Shown: positions 12,808 through 25,483 of the stretch, piece after piece | How the letters are laid out: each line of letters starts with the position of its first letter | Position numbering within the stretch: the stretch's first letter is position 1 | DNA from: Cyanophora paradoxa CCMP329 | Lineage: Eukaryota; Plantae; Glaucophyta | NCBI GenBank assembly: GCA_004431415.1 | Contig: QPMI01000227.1 | Coordinates: forward strand, 62,001 to 126,000 | DNA: 64,000 nt | Direction of reading: 5' to 3' | Made by a program: the position numbers and the translations under genes | Notes under the pieces: generated by a model | What the model saw: the letters and a program-made list of their open reading frames with translations, nothing else | Told to the model about the DNA's origin: nothing | Databases searched by the model: none

Positions 12808-14031
12808 ATGCGCAACACTGTATGGGTGGCCGGCGCGCCGCTTGTGGGAAAAACCACCCTCGTACGAGGTGCTGCGGGCTGAGCGACGCCGCGCATATAA
12901 GGTCTGAACATACCCGCAGGGTTAATAGGGCAACCGCTAGATGTGGCGCATGGAGCGCATGAGGCCCCAGATTCGATGCGTACGCGCTGGAAGCTGGAGA
13001 CGAAGTACTACTCTGCAGACGTCGAGTTGCTCGAAGCCCGGCCCGCGGCGCTGACTGATCTTTCGACGCCTGGCCTTCAAGACGGAGGTTGCGAAGCACT
13101 CATCCTTGTGTTCGACGCGCACGAGGTCAGCGCTGCGCCCGTGCGCTTCATCGCGCCGACTGGGGGCGGCTTCGAGCAGATGGGGACGTTCGAGAGCGTG
13201 CGGGTGCTGTGGGAGGAGCTGCGGGCGCTGGATTGCGTGTCGCCTTCCATCATGCTCTGCGTCGGAAATCGCCGCGGGCCGGTTTCAAGGCCGACGGATA
13301 CGGCAGTCCACGCGACTGAGGAAGAGGCCGACGAAGAGAACGAAGAGACTTTGGCAGGCTTGGAGTGTGGCGGTTGGTGCAACGAGCACGGCTTCGAGTA
13401 TGTGGAAGCAGACCTGTCCCTGCCCGATGCACCACCTCGTTCGCCCGGCTCAAGCGTCCTCAGTTTCATGCGCTGAAAACCGGGCAGACGAATTACGCGG
13501 ACGCACGGGCCTTGCGCGAATTCGGGAGGCGCTCGCTTGCAATATGTGGCCCGACATGCAAATGAAGGTGCGCGGCCACTGCACCCCTGATCCGACGTGC
13601 AGACCCATGCAGCATTGGTTGGGACACCGCACACCGCAGGAGGAGGGCAACGCGCGCAAAGCGACACGCCCGCAGGAGCTGCTGGACGATTGCACCGAGA
13701 CACAGGGTGCGTCGCACTTTTGTTGCATCTCTACTCGCCTCCTGACGCTCGGGCAGCACACACAGAGTTTCAGAGATCCTCTGTGCAAGCCACCACATCC
13801 GCTTCAGAGCCAGCAGAATCGGGAACAAGGGATGTGGGCGATTTGGTGCCAGACTTCGGTCTGGGAACGGGCGAGGAGACAGACGAGCTGCAGGAGGCTT
13901 TTGAGTGGATGCGAGCGGTGCGGGAGCGGGCATCAACGCTGAATGACGAGGAGCGACGGAAGTTGGCTGAGCAAGCGGCAACTCGTTTCTACCAAATGAT
14001 AGGTCCAGATAGCGATGAAGACGTCCCGTGA
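12808..14031 (+). CDS. AAGAB: Alpha/gamma-adaptin-binding protein p34 (Irc6) homologue
   Basis: GAPLVGKTTL, WKLETKYYSADV, GLARIREALACNMWPDM and LNDEERRKLAEQAA motifs. Confidence 0.8.
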
Positions 14032-14069
14032 GACCTGAGAGTGCATATTTACAATCTGTATCACAGACG

Positions 14070-15697
14070 CTACACTTGATCATCTGGCGAATTTTGCGCT
14101 ATGTATTCTAAAGCAGCATCGACGTCCCCGCCTGAGGCTGCAAGCGCCTGCAAGGCGAAGTTTCGCTCGAATCCCATCTCGATCAGCTGTTGCAGACCGC
14201 TCTCGAAGGCCGGTGCATTGGCTTGTAAAGCTGGGAGGCCGCGGACTTCAGCAGGACTTACGATAAGAGCTTGCACTGCTGGTGCTTGCACATGGCTTGC
14301 TTGCACTGCCGGTGCTTGCGCATTCCTGCCAAACATTTTACACGGCGAATCGATTCATGAATACCTGCTCCCTCAAATCGAATATGCACGTACGGTTCTT
14401 CCAGAAGAGAAGTGGGCAGCCTGTGGTAAGATGCACTTCGCAATCCTGAAATGCGTGCGAGTATCCTAAACGCTGGAGTGTCATCAGTGACCGGGCTACC
14501 CCAACTCAAATGATACACACCCCTGAAAGACAGAAGCAGCCTGCTGCTGCCGTGGGTTTCGAAGAGACTGCGAACCAGCGTAGCCTGGGTTCGTGATCCA
14601 ACCCTGCCCGGACAATAAGCACGTTTCGTCCGTTACACACTAGAGAAGTGCACCTGGCGGCTCCCAATGAAGCTTGTATCCATTTTATTTGCCAGAACCG
14701 AAGGAAGCATGAATACGTCCAGCAGTCGATACACATCTGTGTTCGAGGGGTAAGCGATGTATGAGCTCTAAAAAACACTGATCTCCAACTCACAGAGGTA
14801 TCCGGCCAGCATTCCACTGAGATGCCCCATAAAAGACACACCCTGGGCCACGATTTGCAACACGATAAGCATCGCCCACGGGTAGTATTTGGCGGGAACG
14901 TTGAAAAAGCCAAAGATGCTGCACTGTAGGTCAGTCGATTGACACATGGCCGATACCACAGCATGACGACCTCCTGTACTCGGACTGGGAGTGGTGGCTT
15001 TCAACAACAAGCATGCCGAAGATAATGCCGGAGTATCCCACGCCGCACTCCATAAAAGGCATCGCCCAGATCGTCACCGGCCATACCATTAGAACGGCCA
15101 GCACGAAGTCTATGACGCCCGCTGCCAGCATAAACAAGAGCTGGAGGTACAGGAAGTTGAACGATCCAACGATTCGTTCCAATGAAGACCCCATGGGATG
15201 GAATGCCTGATCAATGCCCGCGAGGCAGTCAGGCGCCAAAGCCGCAGCGATGAATGTTCGCCGCACCATCATATTGAACACTATATGGAGGATTCCGACG
15301 TGGAAGAAAGGTGCAGTGAACCAGCGGAACACTGGCGAGCGCGTCATATTGGCCTGCAAACTGGCGAAAAGCGCCGTAAATCGAGCTAACCATGGTAGCG
15401 ATAGAAGACGGACGCGGGGTTGTTGCATACGTAGCTGTAGTCAAAACCGAAAAGGAGAACGCAGATGTAGATAGCCACGTTTACAAGAAGTAGCCATCGC
15501 GTAACGAGAGGTGTTTGCTTGACCCTGCGTGCTTGGTAATCTCAAGCCTGGTCGTAAGAGGGGCTCGAGGTAGGCCTCGCAGCGCGCCGCGACTTGGCAA
15601 GAGATCTAGAGTTGCCTGAGGAGGGCGAAACCAGGGCGAGTGCGCACCAGTCCTGGATCCGCGTCGTTATCGACGCTTGCGTGACGGGCTGGACCAT
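14070..15697 (-). CDS. Rhomboid protease (RHBDD1/RBL15-like) with C-terminal UBA domain
   Basis: FFHVGILHIVFNM, catalytic GYSG and GHLSG; UBA LIEMGFERNFALQALAASGGDVDAALEYI. Confidence 0.85.
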
Positions 15698-16199
15698 GTA
15701 AGAAGTCGCTCGATCCGCGCCGACTTCGATCACTAGGCGACTAGGCCGGCCAGGGGAGGCTGCTGGGCGGCGACTTAGCTATTCAGCTAGCGATTACTGT
15801 TTACGCGAGAGTTGGAGAAGCGTTATCCTGGCTCCTGCGGCAGAGAGAGAGAGAGAGAGCAAGTAAAAGACACTCCCAGGACTCGAACCCGAGTCTGGGT
15901 GGCGCGTTATGAGATGCTCGTTGTCGGGGTAGGTAACGTATTTGGTTTCAAAGCATTACGTGCATTACGTTTAGAAGATTTACACTGCTTTCTCTCTCTC
16001 CGGTTCCTCTTTCTACGCTACGGGCGCGCCGGACCTCCTACCTACAGCGCTTTAACTGTACCGAAATGCAGCTGAGACGCGTAGGCTTATAATGAGTTCC
16101 CCCCACCGCCACGAGACGCCCAGGGCCCCCGCCTCTCCTCTTCCATCGGATGGGGTGCCGCATGCAGTGCCAACTTCGGGATCCCTCTGCGGCCCCCAT

Positions 16200-17026
16200 G
16201 TGCTGTTTTCCCGTAGTGTTTCCCCCTAAGGGCCCGGCATCCCCCGGGTACCAGCACGTAGCGTTTAGCTACCGTGTGAAGAGCACGTGGTAACTGTCAA
16301 AAGACCAGGTCCCTTGTTTCAATGCTAGCTTCCGAACAGCAACGTAAGCCAGGTAGCCCCTCGCGCCCATTGCGTAGAAATAACGAACCTCTAGACCACT
16401 AGGTCAAAAATCGAACTCCACACTGACACACTTGCATTGCTTTTCTATGTGTACACAGGAATGGATCCGGTAAGTCATCGTGAGGGACGAAAGTGCTCAT
16501 TTTTTTCTGATCAATGGCAGGTGCCACGGTGTATGACTCCGATTTGCTTTGGATAGCTGAACGAGCGCTCTCGCCTTCGAGAGGAGCGGAGGAGCTCGCA
16601 ATCAGCAGTTCAACCGGAAGAAAGCGTGCCCGATTTGTTGCCAGCAATACGACTGAAGTAGTCGCCGGTTTCAAATGCAGGGAATCCAAGCTCTGTTGGC
16701 GGCGCCAACCGGAAATCGGTTGGCGGAAATCGGCCACTCAGCCGCAGGAAAAGCAGCACGATGATGCCGACAGAAGATGCAAACACTATAAGCCCGAATA
16801 GGGAGAGAAATCCGCCATATCGAATCGCCGATGCGGAATTGACTAGCAGAACGGGCAAAACAATTTGGCTGCCAAGATACAGCTCGAGCTGCGGGAATGC
16901 AAAGTGACGCCTCTTCCAGAGGAACATTACTCCACGCACAACACCAAGAAAAGCCATGAGCATGAAGCACCAGAACAAGGCGCCCCTGTAGAGCAAGTAA
17001 GTGCCAAAGCAGTGCACATAAAATAA
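16200..17026 (+). pseudogene. Mosaic of collinear fragments copied from 17.9-30.3 kb of this window
   Basis: 16308-16329~18008-18029; 16407-16570~22816-22972; 16571-16626~23224-23279; 16628-16687~28905-28963; 16702-16727~29958-29982; 16731-17026~30013-30308. Confidence 0.85.
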
Positions 17027-17216
17027 TTGCGATTACGATTACGATTACGATTACGATTGCGATTACGATCGTAATCAGGGTTGCGATTACGATCGTAATC
17101 AGGGTTGCGATTACGATCGGAATCAGGGTTACTAAGTTAACGTTGCGATTACGATCGTAATCAGGGTTGCGATTACGATCGTAATCAGGGTTGCTAAGTT
17201 AACGTTGCGATTACGA
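17027..17216. repeat. (GATTAC)4 followed by five 24-bp units TTGCGATTACGATCGTAATCAGGG
   Basis: Read directly; each unit holds the 16-bp palindrome GATTACGATCGTAATC (one unit is a variant). Confidence 0.95.
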
Positions 17217-17217
17217 C

Positions 17218-17294
17218 GTCCAACTTTCGTCCAACTTTCGTCCAACTTTCGTCCAACTTTCGTCCAACTTTCGTCCAACTTTCGTCCAACTTTC
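17218..17294. repeat. Minisatellite (GTCCAACTTTC)7
   Basis: Seven perfect 11-bp copies. Confidence 0.95.
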
Positions 17295-18025
17295 GAATTC
17301 GTCCAGCCTCCATTCTGCCGATGGGCACGTGCGCACGCCGGGGAAGATAACTGGTTCTTCCAGAGAGCCCGCCGGAGAGCTCCACGTGCGTGTGCAGCCT
17401 CGTGCCGCGTGCCTGGGGCAGAACCGGTTCTTGTGGGCCGGGCGAGCGTTCGCCGCGCGCGGCGCGCAGTTCATCATTCGAGAAGGAGTTCCGCGGTGGC
17501 GATGGGGAGGTCAGCCGCCGCCGCCGCGCGCGGGCGGGCCTTGCGCTTCCTCACCGCCCTCGCCCTCCGATCCCCTGCCGAGTGCCGCCCCGGGTGCGGC
17601 TTCCGGGCGGACCGCGACGGCGGCGCCGCGCGGTGCGTGTTGTGTCTATACACGCCTATACACAATCGCTGCTCCCCCCGCCTAGTCCCGACACGGCCTA
17701 GCCACGGCGTTATTTTCCGTCTAGGGCGGGCTCGCCCTCCCAGCCCGCCGCAACCGTGATTACGATCGTAATTCGTCATCGTACTAATATTAATTGCACA
17801 CACCTCTCGCAGGAGCATCCTGATCCGCTACGGCTCGGGCGTGGACGCGAAGCGCCTGCTCAGCTCGTAGCTAGGCTCGGCTCCCATCCCCTTTTCCCCA
17901 TCAGGGCACCAGTCCCTGCGGGTTACGCTCTCACCCAAACAGCACGGGTACAGTCAAAGCGCTGTAGGTAGGAGGTCCGGCGCGCCCGTAGCGTAGAAAG
18001 AGCACTAGGTCCCTTGTTTCAATGC

Positions 18026-20592
18026 TAGCCAGAACAGAAATCCTGCGATGTCTGCCCTGTGGATGAGCGCAGTTTAAGGCCACCTCCCTGGAAGCGAGTC
18101 AAAAGAGTACCAAGGGAGGGGCGAGTGCGAAGCGAGGGGGAGAAGGGGGGGGGGGGGGGGGGGGGGGGAATACCTGGACACGCGCAGAAAACATCCCACC
18201 CTTCGATTCACTCGGTGCACTCGGTAGTCCAGCCTTCGCTGCGGATGCGGAAGCAATGGGAGCGACTGGAGCAGACGGTGGGCTCGGGCTTGGGGATATC
18301 GCAGGGTGCGGTGGGCTTGGAGACGCTCTGGCAGCTGCAGCGACTGCAGGGCTCGATGATGATAAATAGCGGCCAACACCGCCCGAAGCCTTCTTCTCGG
18401 TTGGACCAAACAGGAAATCTGCATAGGCTGCCATCTCTCTATCTAAAATCACCGTGAGTAAACACGCAAATAGGGCAAAGGGTAAAAGCAATGGTGCACA
18501 CCAGCCTGTGTTCTTTTCTTCTCTGCCTCCTTCAGCGCTTCCACTTGCTCGTCGGGTTCATCATATGGGTTCACAAAGACCGCCGTCTTGATGATTTTGA
18601 TGGGCTCCTTGGGGCGATCGTCCTTGTTAGTCTCCACTTTCTCCATGGCGGCGAGTGTTGGAAGGCCGCCAACAACACGCCCGAAAATGGTGTGCTTCAA
18701 GTCCAGGTGTGTGCAGCTCTTGAACGTAATGAAAAACTGCACACTTGTCTGTAATCAAAAACGAGCACAGAGGCAAGGGTTTTCACCTGCGACCCATTGG
18801 TATTTGCTCCGGAATTCGCCATGGACAGAATCCCCCGACCGTCATGCGAAAGCGATTGCCTAATCTCGTCCTTGAATTTCTTCCCGTAAATCGATTCTCC
18901 ACCCCGCCCTGTCCCTGTCGGATCCCCACCTTGGATCATGAAATTCTTAATGAGCCTGTGGAACCTGCAATATCCTATCAGCCTCGTATCCAGTAGACGA
19001 TTCCTGATATCATGCCCGATAAAGCAGCTCACGCTACGCCATCGTAGTATCCCCTCTCGCACAATCGAATGAAGTTTTCACATGTTCGGGGAGCCTGATT
19101 GGCGGAAGAATACGAGCTTCAGAGCAGCATTTGGGTACGGAGGAAAGAAAATCTCACGAGATCGCAGTGCAGCTCGAGGTTGATGTCGCCGTGGCTTGTA
19201 GTTAGCTGTACGTAGCCTTTCTTCTTCGGCACCCGGCCCTCGTCTGCCTTCACAGCGTGCTCCTGCTTGGTGATAATGCTCATGGCCGTTGACGTGAACG
19301 AAGCAGCCATTCTCCCGGTGGATATGTTGAGCACTTCTGGCTTCTTGGAAGATGTGCTGGTTGATGCTGCAGCAGCCTTGTCCGAGTCAGTCTTCAATTT
19401 CTTGCTGGCAGCAGAGGCGTCGCCTGCTGGAGTTCCGCCGCTTTCTTCCACGCCTGGCGCTGCCTTGGCAGCCTCTACTTCTGCGGCATCGGCCTCAGCC
19501 TTCCTCTTCTGAGCCTCCACCCGAGCCTCCTCCCTCTCTGCCTGCAACACACGAGAATGGGCCCCACTGGAAGAACAAAAACAGGAAGTAGGCACCAGCT
19601 TTTGAAAGATGCGTTTCGTTGCTGGAGTCCAAGTAAGAGGGACGGATTGAGTAAGCACGCAAAAAAAATGGAGAACCGTCATTGGCGTTGACCGTTTCGA
19701 GGGCACCATCATCAATGCGCGTTGTGTTCGAGACAACATGGTAGAATTTATCTGCGGTCAGCCCATCTGTCTTCATTGGATCCTGCGGAGGTGTCGGAAT
19801 ACACGAGCAGCAACACATGCACGAACAAGAGCACCGGCACACCTGCAGAACAACGAGATCCCTCCGAGTGAAAGGCTCATCGGTGAGCAGGTCTTTCCAG
19901 TGCTTCGGCTTGATGCAGAGCTCTTCGATGGCATCCCACGAGTACACATTACTGCCATTGGAAACTCAGATTCAGGGGGGACAAAGAGAATTCGCAGGAA
20001 TTCACCCCGTCTGCCGAACCGCCACGATCTTAGTAAACTCGTTGAACACCTTGAAAGTGACAGGGCAGTGGAACTCGCCTGCGAGAAAATAAATGCCCAG
20101 CCAAGCACTCCACGGCAGCACCTCCGTCGCACACCATTACCGTTCTTGTGAAAGTTGAGCTTGACCAATTCTTTGGCGCTCATTGGCTGGCCAGTGCAGG
20201 GGTTCTTGCCGTACTTTTTCTAGGCCGCGGATCTGTGAGCCAGACCGAGCGTACGTGCGCGCGTACGCACCAACCATGGTACGATCGAGAGGATTTCCTG
20301 CGCACAACACGCATCAAGCGTGCAAGAGGCTCTGAGACAGAGATGCACACGAAGATGTGGCCCTCCGCATCGCACACCGGGTCCTCCCAGTTCTGGAACG
20401 AAAGCGAGCACGCCGAATAGGGCAGCCTGCGCACACCGCTAGCGGCAGCTGCTTTCTTGCCGCCCCACTCCTCCTTCCACTCTGTACTCGTGCTGTGCGG
20501 GCGTGAGGGAACGATCACAGACGGGTCGCGGGTCGCTCAGATCGGCGCGCGTACATCCACATCTTGTCCTTCGAGTGCTGGTTCTTTCCCAT
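18026..20592 (-). CDS. PPIL2: U-box/RING cyclophilin (Cyp60)
   Basis: [92 protein letters not shown]; 3' end approximate. Confidence 0.9.
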
Positions 20593-20853
20593 TTTGCTGT
20601 TTGAAGCGCCTGTCGCTCTGTTGCTTGTTCTTCGTTCTTCACTGCGTCGACGTCAGCCGCGCGATGTCTTTGGCCCGAGCCTTTCCTTCCGCTTCCTCCC
20701 CCCCCCCACCCCCCCTCCCCCCCCCCCCCCTGTCCATGCCCCTGACCCTGCCCCCGCCTTCTCCTTCCGGCGCAGCCTCCCCATCCTCCTCCCCCCGCAC
20801 TCACCCCCTCCCCTTCACTGGGAAGACGCGTACGGCCGCGGAGGCCATTGGAA

Positions 20854-20984
20854 AGACGTGGGAAGACCCAACGCGCGTGCACTCGGAGACGGGGGCAATT
20901 GGAGACAGCGAGCCGCTGGACTGCTGTGAGATCGGCTCGCAGGTTGCTGTGTGCGGGCAGGTCAAGCAAGTCAAGCCGCTCGGC
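20854..20984 (+). pseudogene. Isolated copy of one pyrophosphatase exon (cf. 8638-8768)
   Basis: 131 bp with about 6 substitutions versus 8638-8768; encodes [27 protein letters not shown]... Confidence 0.9.
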
Positions 20985-21089
20985 TGTGAGCATGCATACG
21001 TAGTAGCGCCGAAGATATGCCACTAGCTACTAGTACGTGAGATTTCGATTTCTACGAGCAGCGGACAGCACGGAGGTTGCGACGGGCTC

Positions 21090-24000
21090 ATGGCGTCAGA
21101 GATAGCTAGCTCCGATGCAGACGCGCTGCCGGAGCCGCCTGGGTATGAGCGATCGACGTCGGCGCACAGCCGGGACACGTCGCGCGGCTCACGGCACCGA
21201 AGCGCGAGCAAGACTGCGGAGTCAATGCAGCTCGCTGTGCTTCGGGAGCGCATGGTCCGATCTCCCTGTACTCGTCCCCGAGGCGCTCGTGCCCGACGCC
21301 TTTCGACAGATTTTCACGCTTGCAAACCTCATTGGATGCGTACGCGAGCATACTAAGCGCAAGCTAGGCGAGCATACCAAGCGCAAGCGCAGGTCGTGGA
21401 GGTCACAGTTGGAAGCAATTTCTTCGCGGCTGGCGGCGCGTCCCAAGCAGCTGCTGGTGCTACGTCTGAAGAGGGCGAAGCCGGCGCTTTCCATGTTTTC
21501 CGGGGCGTCCTGTACGCAGCGCACACGCGCAAGACCTGTTTCGGCGTAATTCTTCTATATCCGAGAGTCATTTGCTCATGTTGCAAGAATACCGGCTACA
21601 GGGGCGTGTCAGGCCAAAAGCCTTTGATTATCTACAGGTGCACCGTGGCACTTTAAATCGCCTAGCATCGCCTCTGCAGCCCTCTTCGCCGACTTCTTGT
21701 CCGAATTGGCAGCCGTGACCTCCTGGAGCTACGAAAGCTGGACGAAACTTTTGAAAGCACCATGTCGTGCGGGCACCTGCATTTCAACTTCGGTTCTCTG
21801 AATTCAACCGACGTCAGGCACATGCATCCTCAAATCCCCCGCGACCTGAAGCCGTGGATTGCCGTGCAGGAAGCAGCGGACGCTCCTCAGGTGAGGTTTT
21901 ACGTTTTCGGACCCCTAACTTTAGTCGATCAATTGACGACGGGAATGGTAGTGGGACCCAAGGCTGGATTGGAGTGATGATACATTGAGCCATGCAAGTA
22001 GCTTTAGTCTGGGATTCGATCAGTTCGCTGTGGCAGCAAGCTATGGGTACCATTCGACATACCAAGACGATTTGTATACCACAGCGCTCGATCGCTCGAG
22101 CGAGTTTTACCAACTGCACAGCCACGAAGCGGAAAAGCTCGCAAGAGAGATCGCAAACGTGCATTTGAGATCGCGAACATGCATTATTTTCTTTATCTAA
22201 CCGCATCGCAGACTCCTAGCAAAAACTGCCATGTGGCAGAGGAGCGTGGCTTCCACGTTACTGTAAATGAGGAGGATCGGTATAGCGCAGTTCTGTCACG
22301 GGAGCCAAAGCAACTTGGCGTTCCACCACGCAAGAGGCCCAAGACGTCTTCTCAGAAACGCAGGAAACAGAGTCATGATGACTCGGGTTTTGAAGGTGAA
22401 ACTATTTGCTGATCTTGTCGTATCTTCTGGGTGGTGATGGGGATGGGGTTGTAGGCGACATCTCGATCTCCGAGAGCGACCAGGCTCGTACCAGTGCTAG
22501 CACTGCCCGTCCTGCCAGTCGACCGTCTGCCCATCCATCGGCTGGGCCCCAGAACGCCATCATTGGCGACAAGCCTGAAGTGTTCGTTTTTTCGTCCGAA
22601 AATGGGAGTGATTCGACAGGTGGGCCGATTCTGTGAGTCATTGTCTTATTTCTCATACAGCCGACAGCCACTCTGTCTAACCTGGACTCTGGTACACCTG
22701 ATCCGCTGCTCTGGTTCTACGTCAGACTGCAGGAAATCAATGAATACGCTTTATATCTCGGTTCGACACTTTCTGTTAGCCTTTTGACTCTGCTCTGTTA
22801 GCTCTGTTACCTCTCAAATCGAACTCCACACTGACACACCTTGCTTGGCTTTTATGTATGTACACAGGGATGGATCCGGTGAGTCAACATGAGGGACGAT
22901 AATGCTCATTTTGTTTCTAATCAGCTGGCAGGTGTATGACTCCGATCTGCTTTGGATAGCAGAACGAGCGCTAGTAGCGCCTCTTCCGGAATCTTGGACG
23001 TACGGCGACTCTTTTGCAACCTCTTTATCTCAGTGCAGTGATTTCCTATTAATCGCAGAGAGCACAGCGATGAGCAGGGGCATGTTTTCTATTACTGTGG
23101 ATTGACTGATACATCGAGCTGGTGCATCCGAACGCCCATCTTAAGCCTTTGATTTGATTTGGACCTGTGATCACGACTTTGCAGGGAGCACCCACTGGAC
23201 ACACTTCACCGGAACTTGTACCTTCGCCTTCGAGAGGAGCGGAGGAGCTCGCAATCAGCAGTTCATCCGGAAGAAAGCGCTGGAGCAGTCCAGAGAAAGG
23301 CCCAGAGTGAGAGTGTAAACTCGTCTACTCTAGTTCCCCAGGACGTGTTGGATATGGCAGCATACCTCCACCTTGATCTTGCTTCGGAGCAGGTGCTTGA
23401 CACCTCGCACAAATGTAGAGTATGCCGAATTAAATGCCTGCAGGCTCTTTTCTGGATCGCAAGAGCGGCGGTGCGTGCTCTTTCTATACACTACGGCACA
23501 TGGGACTCCAATCATGCCTTATCAAGGATGATTTCGATTAGGTGCTTGCACCTTTGCCCCGGAATTGGACTGAGCAAGTGGACGAGGTCTCCAACGCCAC
23601 TGTCTATGTGAACGAGAAAGGCGAAATCTTCAGCAGGCATCCGGCTGATGAGTACTACCTTAAGCTTATCGAGAAAGCACGGACACTTTCAGGCAGGGCT
23701 GGAGAAGCCCCCCGCGCTTCATGGCAGGTTTTTGCCGATGCCAACCTGGAGCTGTATTATCACAATTTCGTACGCACATCCCACTGCCTGGCGCTACTTC
23801 ATGATCACTCTCTATCAGACTACAGGGGAGTCGACGGCTGCGAGACCTGTTGTATCAGGATTGGCATGCGCTCTGTCATACTCTTGCTGGGAGGTTAGCC
23901 CACTAACTAGCTTGCAGGAGGCCGAGCTGCTCGCACGGGAAGAGGAGCAAATTTTGGGGGCAGCCAAGCACCTTGAGGGCGGCCCAGAACAACTGGCGAA

Positions 24001-24430
24001 TGCTGAAGAGAACGCACAGGAAGCAGCCCCAAAGGAAAAAGGAATGACAGTGCAGCAAGCATCTGCACAGCATGAACAACTGATGCCATCCAAGAAGAAG
24101 AAGAAGACCAAAGATAAGGAGAAAGCATCTAAGACCCCTGCCTCTCCATCCGCCCCAACCTTCCCCATTTCGGCCATCCAGGAGAAACCATCCAAGACCC
24201 CTGCCTCCGCATCCGACTCAACCTTTCCCGTTTTGGCCATCTCGGAGAAATCATCAAAGACCCCTGCCTCTACATCCGCCTTGACTTCCTCAACCTCGTT
24301 CCTTGTCAGTGTGCTGCCAGCTGGCAGCGCTGTTGCCCTCAGTCTTGCTGCTGTCGTCAACCAAGGACGCATCTGTATTGCTCTTGCCCTCCTCGCTGTT
24401 TTTCTTACTGCAATGAGGTCAAAATCGTAA
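21090..24430 (+). CDS. Protein with tandem CEP164-type WW modules and hydrophobic C-terminus (could be more than one gene)
   Basis: EINEYALYLGMDPVYDSDLLWIAERALVAPLPESW..YY..WEHPLD and DVLDMAAYL..LFWIARAAVLAPLPRNW..HPADEYY resemble the CEP164 N-terminal module. Confidence 0.65.
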
Positions 24431-24972
24431 TTTTTGGGAAATAAAGCCAAGGCCACACTCACGTGTGGTAAGCCCTGCCAATGCTATGCCTGCTGTCACA
24501 GTGTCCGACGGTCTAGCTATAGGAACATGCGCGTTTTCACGAAATCGAATTCGAAGCCCGCCGGCGTGGTGCAGCTCGCGATCAGCCCGCGTGAGTCCGC
24601 TCAGGCGGGCTTTCGCTTGTCCCTGCCAATATTAATGCAGCCTGCGGTGCCGGCCGGCTTGCACCCCCCATAACAGATATCGATCTAAAACCGCATTTTT
24701 GCAAAAGCTGAGCCGAGCAGTTCTGAGAGGGCCACCATTCTAGATTCGCTTAAGTGCTAGCTGCGCGGAGCAGTCTGCAGGGGTATAGGAGGGCCTGGAA
24801 GGCGCAGTGGTCCGACTGAGATGGGCCCCGGCGGGAGGGTCAGTGGTTCCGATTCTGATCATGAGCGCATGCGGTCAATGATATTATAATGTCAATCACC
24901 GAGTCGGTGTGGCTTTGGCGGACCATGTATTTCCGGTGTTGCCGGTGCAGGCAGCAACGGATGGCGTGCGAG

Positions 24973-25026
24973 TAAAATTCATTTCTTTTCAACCTTTATT
25001 GGTGTAAATATGACATTTTTTCCTAT
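24973..25026 (+). pseudogene. cox1: NUMT fragment of mitochondrial cox1
   Basis: AT-rich; translates KIHFFSTFIGVNMTFFP. Confidence 0.75.
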
Positions 25027-25203
25027 ATTTTATAATTACTCATTTTTCATATATTCTTTATTATTTATTTGACTTAATACAGGAAGAATATGAATTTACT
25101 ATTGGTGTGACAATGAGTTTAATCATACTGTAATCTTTGTGTTTCTAAATTAAATTTAATTTGAGACGCTTTATCATTTTTTATAGGTTTAACAATTTAT
25201 GGT

Positions 25204-25483
25204 ATTTCTTGGATCTTTAAGATCAGCAGCCCAAATGATATCTTACGAAATCAGTATAGGTTTAATAATTATATCTATTATATTATGTGTTGGTAGTTTA
25301 AATATTTATAAAATTATTTTAGCACAACATAATATTTGGTTTATTTTCCCGCATTTTCCGTTATTTATTATGTTTTTTGTTTCGGCTCTAGCAGAAACAA
25401 ATCGAGCGCCTTTTGATTTACCTGAAGCTGAAGCGGAGTTAGTTGCTGGGTATAATGTTGAGTATTCTGCTATGGGATTTGCA
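25204..25483 (+). pseudogene. nad1: NUMT fragment of mitochondrial nad1
   Basis: AT-rich; [15 protein letters not shown]...[33 protein letters not shown]. Confidence 0.95.

Noticed and set aside
15868-15935. tRNA gene (minus-strand GGTTCGAGTCC T-arm followed by TTTT)
   Set aside because: No acceptor-stem partner, D-arm or anticodon arm could be folded; at most a tRNA-derived remnant
17031-17195. Interstitial telomere
   Set aside because: AGGGTT occurs only once per 24-bp unit; there is no tandem TTAGGG-type tract
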